From contig DWXX01000080.1 of assembly GCA_019118985.1 (NCBI GenBank), positions 1 through 49,784 on the forward strand: DNA of 49,784 nt, written 5' to 3'. The notes under the pieces were generated by a model that made no database searches, had not been told where the DNA came from, and saw only the letters and a program-made list of their open reading frames with translations. Positions 36,687-44,564 of the stretch are shown piece by piece. The translations under genes and the position numbers were made by a program. The number at the start of each line of letters is the position of its first letter. Within the stretch, counting starts at the first letter, position 1. The stretch is from Candidatus Faecalibacterium faecipullorum (GTDB taxonomy: Bacteria; Bacillota; Clostridia; Oscillospirales; Ruminococcaceae).

Positions 36687-38222
36687 GTGCACAGGGGCAA
36701 GCGGCACGCATCGCCGGGCATCCGGGCCCAGCTGATGCTGTTTCTGACCTTTATCTGCCTGCTGCTGCTGGCGCTGTACTGGCTGCTGTCCACCCAGATG
36801 CTGGAGCCGATGTACAACCGCCGCATCGAAGACCAGCTGGCCGCGCAGGCTGACTCGATCGTCGAGCTGATGGCCGCCACCGAGGACGAGGGCGAGATCA
36901 TATCGGCCTGGGACTTCGGCACCCTGGTGGTGAACAGCGGCTTCCGCACCAGGCTGTACGAGAACCTGTCGGCCAACACCCAGCTGACCAACTTCTGCGT
37001 CGACATCTCGGACTCGACGCTGCGCAGCATCATTACCATCGAGAACCTCTACCCCTGCCTGCTGCACAACAGCACCCTGACCTCCCGCACCGACGAGGGG
37101 GGCTTCTCGTGGGACAAGTCCACCGTCATTGAGATGCGGCGGGCCTGCCGGCGGCACGGCAGCTGGACCTATACCCTGAACGCCGGCGGCGGCAGCCAGA
37201 TGATGGTGGGCCGGATGAGCCGGGACGGGGTCTACTCGGTCCTGGTGTCCACCAGCCTTGTCCATGTGGCCGAAGCCGGGCAGGTGATGGGGGACATGCT
37301 GCCCTCCATCGTGGTGCTGGTGCTGGTCTTTGCGCTGGCGGCGGCGTGGCTGTTCAGCCAGTGGTTCACCCGGCCGCTGCGGGCGCTGTCGCGGGCGGCC
37401 CGCCAGATGGCCCGGGGCAACTACACCGTACAGGTCGACACCGCCCGGCGGGACGAGCTGGGGGACCTGGCCGCAGATTTCAACTACATGGCCCGGGAGG
37501 TGCAGCGCAGCGCCCAGATGCAGCGCGACCTGCTGGCCAACGTCAGCCACGACCTGCGCACCCCGCTGACCCTCATCAAGGGGTACGCCGAGACGGTGCG
37601 GGACATCACCGGCGACGATAAGGCCCACCGGGACGAACAGCTGAACATCATCGTGGACGAGGCCGACCGCCTGACTGCCCTGGTGTCCAGCGTGATGGAG
37701 CTGAGCAAGGTGACCAGCGGTGCCGAAAAGTGCGAGCGGGTCCGCTTTGACATGGGGCAGCTGTGCGACGAGGTGAGCGAGCGGTACGAGGCGGTCTGCG
37801 CCCAGAACGGCTGGACCCTCAAGCTGGAGATCCCCGACCAGCCCCTGGAGGTCTGGGCCGACCCGTCCATGATCGAGCGGGCGCTGCACAACCTGCTGGG
37901 CAACGCCATGCACCACATCGGCCCGGACGGGGTGTTCATCCTGCGGGCCGAGCCCTGCGGCGAGGGGGTCCGGGTCGAGGTGGAGGACCACGGCCCCGGC
38001 ATCCCGGCCGAGGACCTGCCCCGCATCTTCGAGCGGTACTACCGCGCCCGCTCGGACGCCGGCAAGGCGGGCACCGGGCTGGGGCTGTCCATCACCAAGG
38101 CCATCTTCCAGCAGCACGGCTTCCGCTTCGGGGTGCAGAGTACCCTCGGCAAGGGCACTACCTTCTGGTTTACCATGAAGGCCCCGCCGGAAGAGCCGGA
38201 GGAAGAAGAAAAAGAATCATAA
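36687..38222 (+). CDS. Sensor histidine kinase (2 TM, HAMP, HisKA, HATPase)
   Basis: DELGDLA..FN.M HAMP, VSHDLRTPL, NLLGNA, DHGPGI, GTGLGLSI. Confidence 0.95.
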   Translation: MHRGKRHASPGIRAQLMLFLTFICLLLLALYWLLSTQMLEPMYNRRIEDQLAAQADSIVELMAATEDEGEIISAWDFGTLVVNSGFRTRLYENLSANTQLTNFCVDISDSTLRSIITIENLYPCLLHNSTLTSRTDEGGFSWDKSTVIEMRRACRRHGSWTYTLNAGGGSQMMVGRMSRDGVYSVLVSTSLVHVAEAGQVMGDMLPSIVVLVLVFALAAAWLFSQWFTRPLRALSRAARQMARGNYTVQVDTARRDELGDLAADFNYMAREVQRSAQMQRDLLANVSHDLRTPLTLIKGYAETVRDITGDDKAHRDEQLNIIVDEADRLTALVSSVMELSKVTSGAEKCERVRFDMGQLCDEVSERYEAVCAQNGWTLKLEIPDQPLEVWADPSMIERALHNLLGNAMHHIGPDGVFILRAEPCGEGVRVEVEDHGPGIPAEDLPRIFERYYRARSDAGKAGTGLGLSITKAIFQQHGFRFGVQSTLGKGTTFWFTMKAPPEEPEEEEKES

Positions 38223-38246
38223 TAAGAACCGTAAGGCAAACGGCGC

Positions 38247-38282
38247 AAAAGCCCCCGCTTCCTGTTGGGAAGCGGGGGCTTT
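38247..38282. terminator. Bidirectional terminator
   Basis: AAAGCCCCCGCTTCC-TGTTG-GGAAGCGGGGGCTTT. Confidence 0.88.
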
Positions 38283-38286
38283 CTGC

Positions 38287-38994
38287 TTACGACCCCGCGG
38301 TGGGGACGCGTGTGATGCTGACCGAGATAAAGGTGGCCGGCACCGACGAGCCGTCGGCGGCGGGGGCGTCGGCGGTATCGACGCTGGTCGAGACAACGTA
38401 CCGGTAGCTGTAGGCCGGGGTGTCCGGCGCGTTGGAGTCCGGCAGGGCCTCGAGGATGCGGTCGACCCGGTCGGCCACCTGCTGCATCGCGTCGGCGAGG
38501 TCAAGGTCGCGCGGCGCTGCGAACAGCACCTCGTACTTGACCGTCTGGCCGGCGTTCTGGCCGGCTTCGTTCACCAGGTAGTAGGTGGCCCCGCCCGGCG
38601 CGTTGCCGCCCTGCAGGGTGGGGTTGCGCAGGCCGAGGGCGCTGGTCAGGGCGGCCGCCGCGCCGGCGTAGCCGCTGGTGTTGTTGTAGACCTGCACCGC
38701 CCTGCCCTGGCGCAGGGCGGCCGCCGCGTCGGGGGTCAGCCGGCTCAGCGCGGCGTGCAGGGCGGCTTTGTCCTGGTCGTTGTCCTGGTAGTTGATGAAG
38801 TCTTTGTGGGCCCCGGGCGGCAGGTCGTTGTCCAGCACGGTGGAGTAGTCGCCGTTCAGCAGCGAGCCGCTGGGGTACTTCGCCCCGCCGGAGCTGCTGC
38901 CGCTGCCGCCCGTCCCCCGCATCAGCGCCCCCGACACCAGGATGAGGGCCAGCAGGGCGGCGAATACGGCCGAACAGGGGTTCTTACAGAGCAT
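38287..38994 (-). CDS. Hypothetical membrane-anchored/secreted protein with Gly/Ser linker
   Basis: SD AGGGGG; hydrophobic N-terminal helix, GTGGSGSSSGG linker; host-like codon usage; ends at the terminator. Confidence 0.7.
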   Translation of the reverse strand: MLCKNPCSAVFAALLALILVSGALMRGTGGSGSSSGGAKYPSGSLLNGDYSTVLDNDLPPGAHKDFINYQDNDQDKAALHAALSRLTPDAAAALRQGRAVQVYNNTSGYAGAAAALTSALGLRNPTLQGGNAPGGATYYLVNEAGQNAGQTVKYEVLFAAPRDLDLADAMQQVADRVDRILEALPDSNAPDTPAYSYRYVVSTSVDTADAPAADGSSVPATFISVSITRVPTAGS

Positions 38995-39006
38995 GGGCCG
39001 CCCCCT

Positions 39007-39234
39007 TTACGGCGCCGAGCTGCTGGACGAGCTGGAGCTGGACGAACTGGACGACGAGCTGCTCGAACTGCTGGACGAGCTGGAGGTGCTGCTGGACGAC
39101 GAGCTGCTCGAGCTGCCGGACGAGCCGCCGCCCCCGCCCAGGTCCTTCAGCGACACGCCGCCGAAGGCGACGCCGAACGCGATGGCCAGCGCCAGGATGC
39201 CTGCCCAGATGAATGCGAAACCTTTACCCAACAT
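39007..39234 (-). CDS. Small membrane protein with poly-serine tail (75 aa)
   Basis: SD AAGGGGG before ATG 39234; TM helix, then GGGGGSSG-S9-T-S23-AP. Confidence 0.7.
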   Translation of the reverse strand: MLGKGFAFIWAGILALAIAFGVAFGGVSLKDLGGGGGSSGSSSSSSSSSTSSSSSSSSSSSSSSSSSSSSSSSAP

Positions 39235-39275
39235 ATCGATTCCCCCTTGCATGGTTGGTTGTGTGGGATACGCCC

Positions 39276-39306
39276 TATTCTATGCAGGGGGGTGCGGGTT
39301 CTGTGC
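39276..39306 (-). promoter_or_regulatory. Possible sporulation sigK/sigE-type promoter
   Basis: GCACA-17 bp-CATAGAATA on the minus strand, about 40 nt upstream of the poly-Ser gene. Confidence 0.4.
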
Positions 39307-39348
39307 CGCCGGCGGCAAAAGACGACGCGGCACGCCAGAAAACGGCCC

Positions 39349-39534
39349 TCAATAGGCCAGCTCGACGATGATGTAGATGACGATAACGACCGGGATGAGC
39401 GCCAGGCACAGGCAGCCGCAGCCGGCGCCGCCCCCGCTGTACGGCCGCCTGCCGCCGCCGCTGCGCCGGAAGGCGGTCATATAGTGGGCGTAGCCTGTAG
39501 CGCCCTTGCCGAAATAGCCATAGTCACGGGGCAT
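39349..39534 (-). CDS. Small 61-aa Gly/Tyr-rich protein with C-terminal TM helix
   Basis: SD AAGGAGG; MPRDYGYFGKGATGYAHYMTAF...GCGCLCLALIPVVIVIYIIV; follows tmcAL. Confidence 0.7.
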   Translation of the reverse strand: MPRDYGYFGKGATGYAHYMTAFRRSGGGRRPYSGGGAGCGCLCLALIPVVIVIYIIVELAY

Positions 39535-39567
39535 GGGGATACCTCCTTGTATCGGGTTTTTAACGGG

Positions 39568-40776
39568 TCACAGCTTGATGAACGGTGCGGCGTACCGCTC
39601 GCCCATGGGGCCGGGGGCGGCCCGGCAGAGGGCGGCGAGGTCGTCCGCGGCGGTCTGCGCGGCCGCGGCGCGGGCGGCGTCGGGGCCGGTGCGGGCCAGC
39701 CTGGCCAGGGAGGCCGAGGCCGGCAGGGACGCTTTGGCCAGCAGGGGCAGGGCGCCGCGCCGCGCCCCCAGCAGGTGCAGGTAGGGGGGCAGCGCCGGCA
39801 AAGCCAGCCAGCCGGGGCCCGCGCCGGGCGCGCCGTAGCCGAGGGCGGCGTCCATGACGAGGCGGCGCATCCGGGCCCGAGGGTAGCGGACGGTGGTCAG
39901 AGCGTCCCACAGCCCCTCGAGGGTGACGGCCTGCCGCAGGCAGGATGCAAGGCGCTGCTCCAGCCCCTCGCTGGCGCCGCGCACCCCGGCAAAGCCGCCG
40001 AGGGCGGCCCGGGCCCGCAGCCGGGACAGCACCGCCGTCTCCAGCCGGGCGGGGGCGGTGTACTGCCCCCCGGCCCAGGCCCGGCGGTAGAGCGCCAGCG
40101 CCGCCGGCGGGACATAGGGCGCGAGGGGCTCCGGCCCGCTCTGCCGCCACAGTTCGCGCAGGGCGCTGGCGCTGGCGTAGCGGCCCGCGGCCCGGGCATC
40201 GTTGTGCAGCGCCCCCTGCCGCGGCAGGGCGAAGGGGGCCAGCGGCAGGCCGAGCTCATGGATGGCTTTGCAGTATTCCACCGCGAGGTTGTTGTTGGGC
40301 TGCTCCAGCAGGGCGGCAAGGCCGCTGTGGGGGGCGGCCTGCGCGGCGGCTGCCTGCCGCGCCGCGGCAAAGCTGCGCGCCCCGCCGGCCAGCTGCTCTT
40401 TCAGGGCGGCGCGGTAGGCGGGGGAAGCCAGCAGCCGCCCGGCCGCCTGCAGACGGGCGGTGTCGGGGTCCTCCGCCCCAAAGACCAGGGCGTCGCACCC
40501 GGCCGCCGCCAGCAGCGACGCCCCCGCCCGGGCAAAGCTCTCGGCCCCCGACATGGCCCAGGGGGCGGGCAGGGCGAACACCAGGTCGGCCCCGGCGTCG
40601 AGGGCGGCGCGCACCCGCTCCGCCTCGCCCAGCAGGGGGGGCGCGCCCCGCTGCGTCAGCCCGCAGCTGAGGACCACCGCCACATGCCCGGCCCCCAGCT
40701 GCCGGGCGGCCGCGATCTGCCAGGCGTGGCCGTTGTGGAAGGGGTCGTATTCGGCGATGATGCCGGCAAATTTCAT
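39568..40776 (-). CDS. tmcAL: tRNA(Met) cytidine acetate ligase (HIGH nucleotidyltransferase, UPF0348)
   Basis: GIIAEYDPFHNGH, QRG.P, GADLV..LP, AESFA, PNN.LAVEY, SASALR, RYP.ARMRR; divergent from ackA. Start 40776 fits the GAGGT SD. Confidence 0.9.
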   Translation of the reverse strand: MKFAGIIAEYDPFHNGHAWQIAAARQLGAGHVAVVLSCGLTQRGAPPLLGEAERVRAALDAGADLVFALPAPWAMSGAESFARAGASLLAAAGCDALVFGAEDPDTARLQAAGRLLASPAYRAALKEQLAGGARSFAAARQAAAAQAAPHSGLAALLEQPNNNLAVEYCKAIHELGLPLAPFALPRQGALHNDARAAGRYASASALRELWRQSGPEPLAPYVPPAALALYRRAWAGGQYTAPARLETAVLSRLRARAALGGFAGVRGASEGLEQRLASCLRQAVTLEGLWDALTTVRYPRARMRRLVMDAALGYGAPGAGPGWLALPALPPYLHLLGARRGALPLLAKASLPASASLARLARTGPDAARAAAAQTAADDLAALCRAAPGPMGERYAAPFIKL

Positions 40777-40821
40777 AATCATACCTCAGCTTGCTCGTAT
40801 GTTGTACACAAGATTTTGTCT

Positions 40822-40866
40822 TTTTGACCATTTTGTCTTGCAAAGATGTTGGCTCTATTATATAAT
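40822..40866 (+). promoter_or_regulatory. ackA promoter with upstream TTTTGACCATTTTGTC motif
   Basis: TTGCAA(40838)-17 bp-TATAAT(40861). The motif at 40822-40837 matches the rnf promoter motif at 14/16 positions. Confidence 0.8.
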
Positions 40867-41023
40867 ATAGATGATTGAAGCGCAACCGTCCGGGGGCGTT
40901 CTGCCGGCCGGAGGGGCCGGCGGTTTGTGCACCCTGACGGGGGTACGGCGCTCAAATTGTAAGGATTCCACAAGACGGGGGCAAACCTGCCGGTGGAGCA
41001 ATGTAACAGGAGGCAACGAGAAG

Positions 41024-42232
41024 ATGAAAGTTCTGGTTATCAACTGCGGTTCCTCTTCCCTGAAGTATCAGCTGATCGATATGGAAGGGGAGCAGGTGCT
41101 GTGCAAGGGCGTCTGCGAGCGCATCGGCATGGAGAGCAGCACCATCACCCACGAGGCCAACGGGCAGAAGGCCACCACCCCCGCGATCTTCCCCACCCAC
41201 ACCGAGGCGTTCCATGAGCTGATCAAGAAGATGACCACCGGCGCCGGCAAGTGCATCGAAAGCGTCAGCGAGATCGACGCCATCGGCCACCGCGTGGTCC
41301 ACGGCGGCGAGAAGTTCCAGTCCAGCTGCATGATCACCGACGAGGTCATCACTGCCCTGCGGGAGCTCAGCCCCCTGGCCCCCCTGCACAACCCCGCCGG
41401 CATCCTCGGCATCGAGACCGCCCGCAAGGTCTTTGGCCCCGATGTGCCGCAGGTCGCTGTCTTTGACACCGCCTTCCACAGCACCATGCCGCCCAAGGCC
41501 TACATGTACGCCATCCCCTACGAGTATTATAAGGAATACGGCGTCCGCCGCTACGGCTTCCACGGCACCAGCCACAAGTACGTCAGCCGCAAGGCCGCCG
41601 ATTACCTGGAGGAGCCCATCTCCCGCCTGAAGATCATCACCTGCCACCTGGGCAACGGCTCGTCCATCACCGCGGTGGACCAGGGCCGTGTGGTCGACAC
41701 CTCGATGGGCATGACCCCGCTGGCCGGCCTGATGATGGGCACCCGCTGCGGCGACCTCGACCCCTCGGTGGTCAACTACCTGAAGTATAACCTGGACATC
41801 ACCGGCCACGCGCTGGACCAGATCCTGAACAAGAAGTCGGGCCTGCTGGGCATCTCGGGCGTCTCGAGCGATATGCGCGACGTCGAGAAGGCCGCCCGCG
41901 AGGGCAACGACCGCGCGCAGCTGGCCATCGATATGCTGACCTACCAGATCAAGAAGGTGGTGGGCAGCTACATCGCGGCCATGGGCGGCGTGGACGCCAT
42001 CGTCTTTACCGGCGGCATCGGCGAGCATGACGACATCATCCGCGCCAAGATCTGCCACCACATGGACTGGCTGGGCATCCGCATCGACACCGACAAGAAC
42101 CGCAACCCCCACGGCGACGTCTGCGAGGTCACCGCCTGGGGCGCCAAGGTCCGGGTGCTGATCATCGCCACCAACGAGGAGCTGATGATCGCCCGCGACA
42201 CCGCCGAAGTGGTGGAGAAGGCCGCCGACTGA
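41024..42232 (+). CDS. ackA: Acetate kinase
   Basis: VINCGSSSLKYQL, GHRVVHGGE, LAPLHNP, FDTAFH, RRYGFHGTSH, CHLGNGSS, FTGGIGE, TNEEL. Start ATG 41024. Confidence 0.97.
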   Translation: MKVLVINCGSSSLKYQLIDMEGEQVLCKGVCERIGMESSTITHEANGQKATTPAIFPTHTEAFHELIKKMTTGAGKCIESVSEIDAIGHRVVHGGEKFQSSCMITDEVITALRELSPLAPLHNPAGILGIETARKVFGPDVPQVAVFDTAFHSTMPPKAYMYAIPYEYYKEYGVRRYGFHGTSHKYVSRKAADYLEEPISRLKIITCHLGNGSSITAVDQGRVVDTSMGMTPLAGLMMGTRCGDLDPSVVNYLKYNLDITGHALDQILNKKSGLLGISGVSSDMRDVEKAAREGNDRAQLAIDMLTYQIKKVVGSYIAAMGGVDAIVFTGGIGEHDDIIRAKICHHMDWLGIRIDTDKNRNPHGDVCEVTAWGAKVRVLIIATNEELMIARDTAEVVEKAAD

Positions 42233-42285
42233 GCCCGACCCTTTGGCTGGAAACGAATTTCACGCAGCGGGGGCCTGTTTTTTGG

Positions 42286-42314
42286 TTGACAAATCGGCCA
42301 AAGCGGGGTACAAT
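42286..42314 (+). promoter_or_regulatory. SigA promoter of the zinc-ribbon gene
   Basis: TTGACA-17 bp-TACAAT. Confidence 0.8.
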
Positions 42315-42445
42315 AAGGAAGTCCTCGACCCTGAGGGCAAACATCACGCTTCAAGCCCCTGGTAAGCTAACGATCGGCGCCCCAAAACCAAGGTGTAGTT
42401 CCAATCCTTCCGCGGGCAAGAACACAAACAAGAGGAGATACGACC

Positions 42446-42733
42446 ATGTTCGAAGACAAGACTTTAGTTTGCAAGGACTGCGGCAAGGAGTTTGTTTGGA
42501 CTGCCGGCGAGCAGGAGTTCTACGCATCCCGCGGCTTTGAGAACCAGCCCCAGCGCTGCAAGGCCTGCCGTGACGCCCGCAAGAACGGCATCCGTCCCGC
42601 TTCCACCGGCGAGCGCAAGATGTACGACGCTGTCTGCGCCTCCTGCGGCAAGGCCTGCAAGGTGCCCTTCCAGCCCCGTGAGGACCGCCCCGTCTACTGC
42701 TCCGACTGCTTCGCACGGATCAAGCAGAACTAA
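42446..42733 (+). CDS. Zinc-ribbon protein (zf-trcl plus CxxC-x17-CxxC domain)
   Basis: MFEDKTLVCKDCGKEFVWTAGEQEFY..RGFENQPQRCKAC and VCASCG...VPFQP...RPVYCSDCF; SD GAGGAG. Confidence 0.9.
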   Translation: MFEDKTLVCKDCGKEFVWTAGEQEFYASRGFENQPQRCKACRDARKNGIRPASTGERKMYDAVCASCGKACKVPFQPREDRPVYCSDCFARIKQN

Positions 42734-42745
42734 GTTGTGACCGTG

Positions 42746-42778
42746 AAGGGCTCCTGCCGCCGCGCAGGGGCCCTTTTT
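42746..42778 (+). terminator. Terminator after the zinc-ribbon gene
   Basis: AAGGGCTCCTGC...GCAGGGGCCCTT plus T run. Confidence 0.8.
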
Positions 42779-42823
42779 GGGTATACTGTCCTGTAACCAA
42801 GAACACCGAAAGGACCGAAAGCT

Positions 42824-43084
42824 ATGTTTGACATCTTCAACTCCATCCGCAAAACGAGCGGCGGGGACGCCCCCTTCCAGGTCACCCGCCAGACCATCAT
42901 CGGGGACATCCTGGATATGGACAGCACCACCGCCCCCTACTTTATGGAGATCGGGATGCACTGCCTGGGCTGCCCTGCCTCCCGCGGGGAGAGCATCGAG
43001 GAAGCCTGCGCCGTCCACGGCGTGGACTGCGACGCCCTGCTCGCCAAGCTGAACGCCCATCTGGCGGGCAAAGCCGGCGCCTGA
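42824..43084 (+). CDS. DUF1858 domain protein
   Basis: IIGDIL...TAPYFMEIGMHCLGCPASRGESIEEACAVHGVD. Confidence 0.88.
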   Translation: MFDIFNSIRKTSGGDAPFQVTRQTIIGDILDMDSTTAPYFMEIGMHCLGCPASRGESIEEACAVHGVDCDALLAKLNAHLAGKAGA

Positions 43085-43085
43085 C

Positions 43086-43745
43086 ATGGCGCTGGACGCA
43101 CGTCTGGCTGCCGCGGCCCAATTGGTGCGCCCGGGGCTGCCGGTGGCGGACATCGGCTGCGACCACGGCAAGCTGACCGCCGCGCTGGCCCTTTCGGGGC
43201 TGTACCCCCGGGTCATCGGCAGCGACCTGCGCGCCGGCCCGCTGGAGAAGGCCCGCCGCACCCTCGCGGCGGCACACTGTCAAGACCGCGCCGAGCTTCG
43301 GCTGGGCGACGGTCTTTCTGTGCTACGCCCGGGGGAGGTGGGGACGGTGGTCATCGCCGGGGTGTCGGCCCAGACCGCCTGGCAGATGCTGGAGGCCGTG
43401 CCCTGGGTCTTTGACCCGGCGGGGCCGCGGCTGGTGCTCATCCCGGCCACCCGCCACGACGAGCTGCGCCGCTGGCTGGCGGCGCATGGCTTTCGCCTTG
43501 TCTGCGACCGGCCGGTGGCCGCCGCCGGCCGCTGGTACGCGGTGATGGCCGCCGAGTACGACGGGCAGAAACGGGCGCTGACCCTGGCCGAAGCCCTCTA
43601 CGGCAAGACCGGCGACTGGCCGGAGGCTGCCGGCTACCAGGCCAAGCAGCGGGAAAAGCTGGCCAAGCTCCGCCGGGGCGTCCCCGACGGCAGCCCCGCC
43701 GCCCGCGAGATGGATGCGCTGCTGCGCGCAGAACAAGGAGGCTGA
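43086..43745 (+). CDS. trmK: tRNA (adenine22-N1)-methyltransferase family
   Basis: LDARL, VADIGCDHG.L, GPLEKAR, RLGDGL, VVIAG. Confidence 0.85.
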   Translation: MALDARLAAAAQLVRPGLPVADIGCDHGKLTAALALSGLYPRVIGSDLRAGPLEKARRTLAAAHCQDRAELRLGDGLSVLRPGEVGTVVIAGVSAQTAWQMLEAVPWVFDPAGPRLVLIPATRHDELRRWLAAHGFRLVCDRPVAAAGRWYAVMAAEYDGQKRALTLAEALYGKTGDWPEAAGYQAKQREKLAKLRRGVPDGSPAAREMDALLRAEQGG

Positions 43746-43749
43746 CTGT

Positions 43750-44529
43750 ATGGAGATCGCGATCCGGACCATTTACGACGCCATGGCCCGGCTGGCCCCG
43801 CCCGAACTGGCCGAAAGCTGGGATAACCCCGGCCTGCTGGTGGACTGCGGCCGCCCGGTGGAGCGGGCGCTGACCGCCCTGGACATCACCCCCGAGGTGG
43901 TGGCCGAGGCGCAGCGGCTGGGCTGCGGGGTGATCGTGGCCCACCACCCGGTCATCTTCAGCCCGCTCAAGCGGCTGGACGGCCGGGACCTGCCCTTCCT
44001 GCTGGTGCAGGCGGGCATCTCGGCCATCTGTATGCACACCAACTTCGACGCGGCCGAGGGGGGCGTCAACGACACCCTGGCCGGCATTCTGGGTATGACG
44101 GACACCGCGCCCATCGCGAACGGCTGCGGCCGGGTGGGCGCCATCGAGCCCTGCACCGTCCCGGCGCTGGCCGCCCTGGCGGCGGAGCGTCTGGGCGGCT
44201 TCTGCGTGCCGCCCCTCGCGGGGCCGGCGGTGCAGGTCAAGTACGCCGACAACGGCCGCCCCGTCCGCCGGCTGGCGGTCATCAGCGGGTCGGGGGGCAG
44301 CCTGCTGGAAGAGGCGCTGGCCGCCGGGGCCGACTGCCTGCTGACCGGCGAGGCGGGCCACCACCACGCCATCGACGCGGCGCGGCTGGGGCTGGGCCTT
44401 GTCGCCGCGGGCCACTACGCCACCGAGTACCCGGCCGCCGCGGCCCTGGCCGCCCGGCTGCAGCAGGCGGTGCCGGGGCTGGCGGTCTTTGCAAGCCGGG
44501 AGAACCGCGACCCCTTTACCTATTTATAA
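43750..44529 (+). CDS. Nif3-like dinuclear metal centre hexameric protein
   Basis: LAESWDNPGLLV, ALDIT, HHPVIF, HTNFD, GGVND.LA, TGE..HH, GHYATE. Start ATG 43750. Confidence 0.92.
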   Translation: MEIAIRTIYDAMARLAPPELAESWDNPGLLVDCGRPVERALTALDITPEVVAEAQRLGCGVIVAHHPVIFSPLKRLDGRDLPFLLVQAGISAICMHTNFDAAEGGVNDTLAGILGMTDTAPIANGCGRVGAIEPCTVPALAALAAERLGGFCVPPLAGPAVQVKYADNGRPVRRLAVISGSGGSLLEEALAAGADCLLTGEAGHHHAIDAARLGLGLVAAGHYATEYPAAAALAARLQQAVPGLAVFASRENRDPFTYL

Positions 44530-44564
44530 TATAGCACCCACAACGACCCGAAAGGGGGAAGAGC

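Noticed and set aside
38942-39355. Plus-strand ORF with an ELLDELELDE acidic/leucine repeat
   Set aside because: Reverse-complement reading of the poly-Ser codons; the minus-strand ORF has the SD, TM helix and gene context.
40876-40889. cre/LacI-like TGAAGCGCAACC downstream of the ackA promoter
   Set aside because: The right half matches poorly and the sequence is explained by the base of the leader stem.
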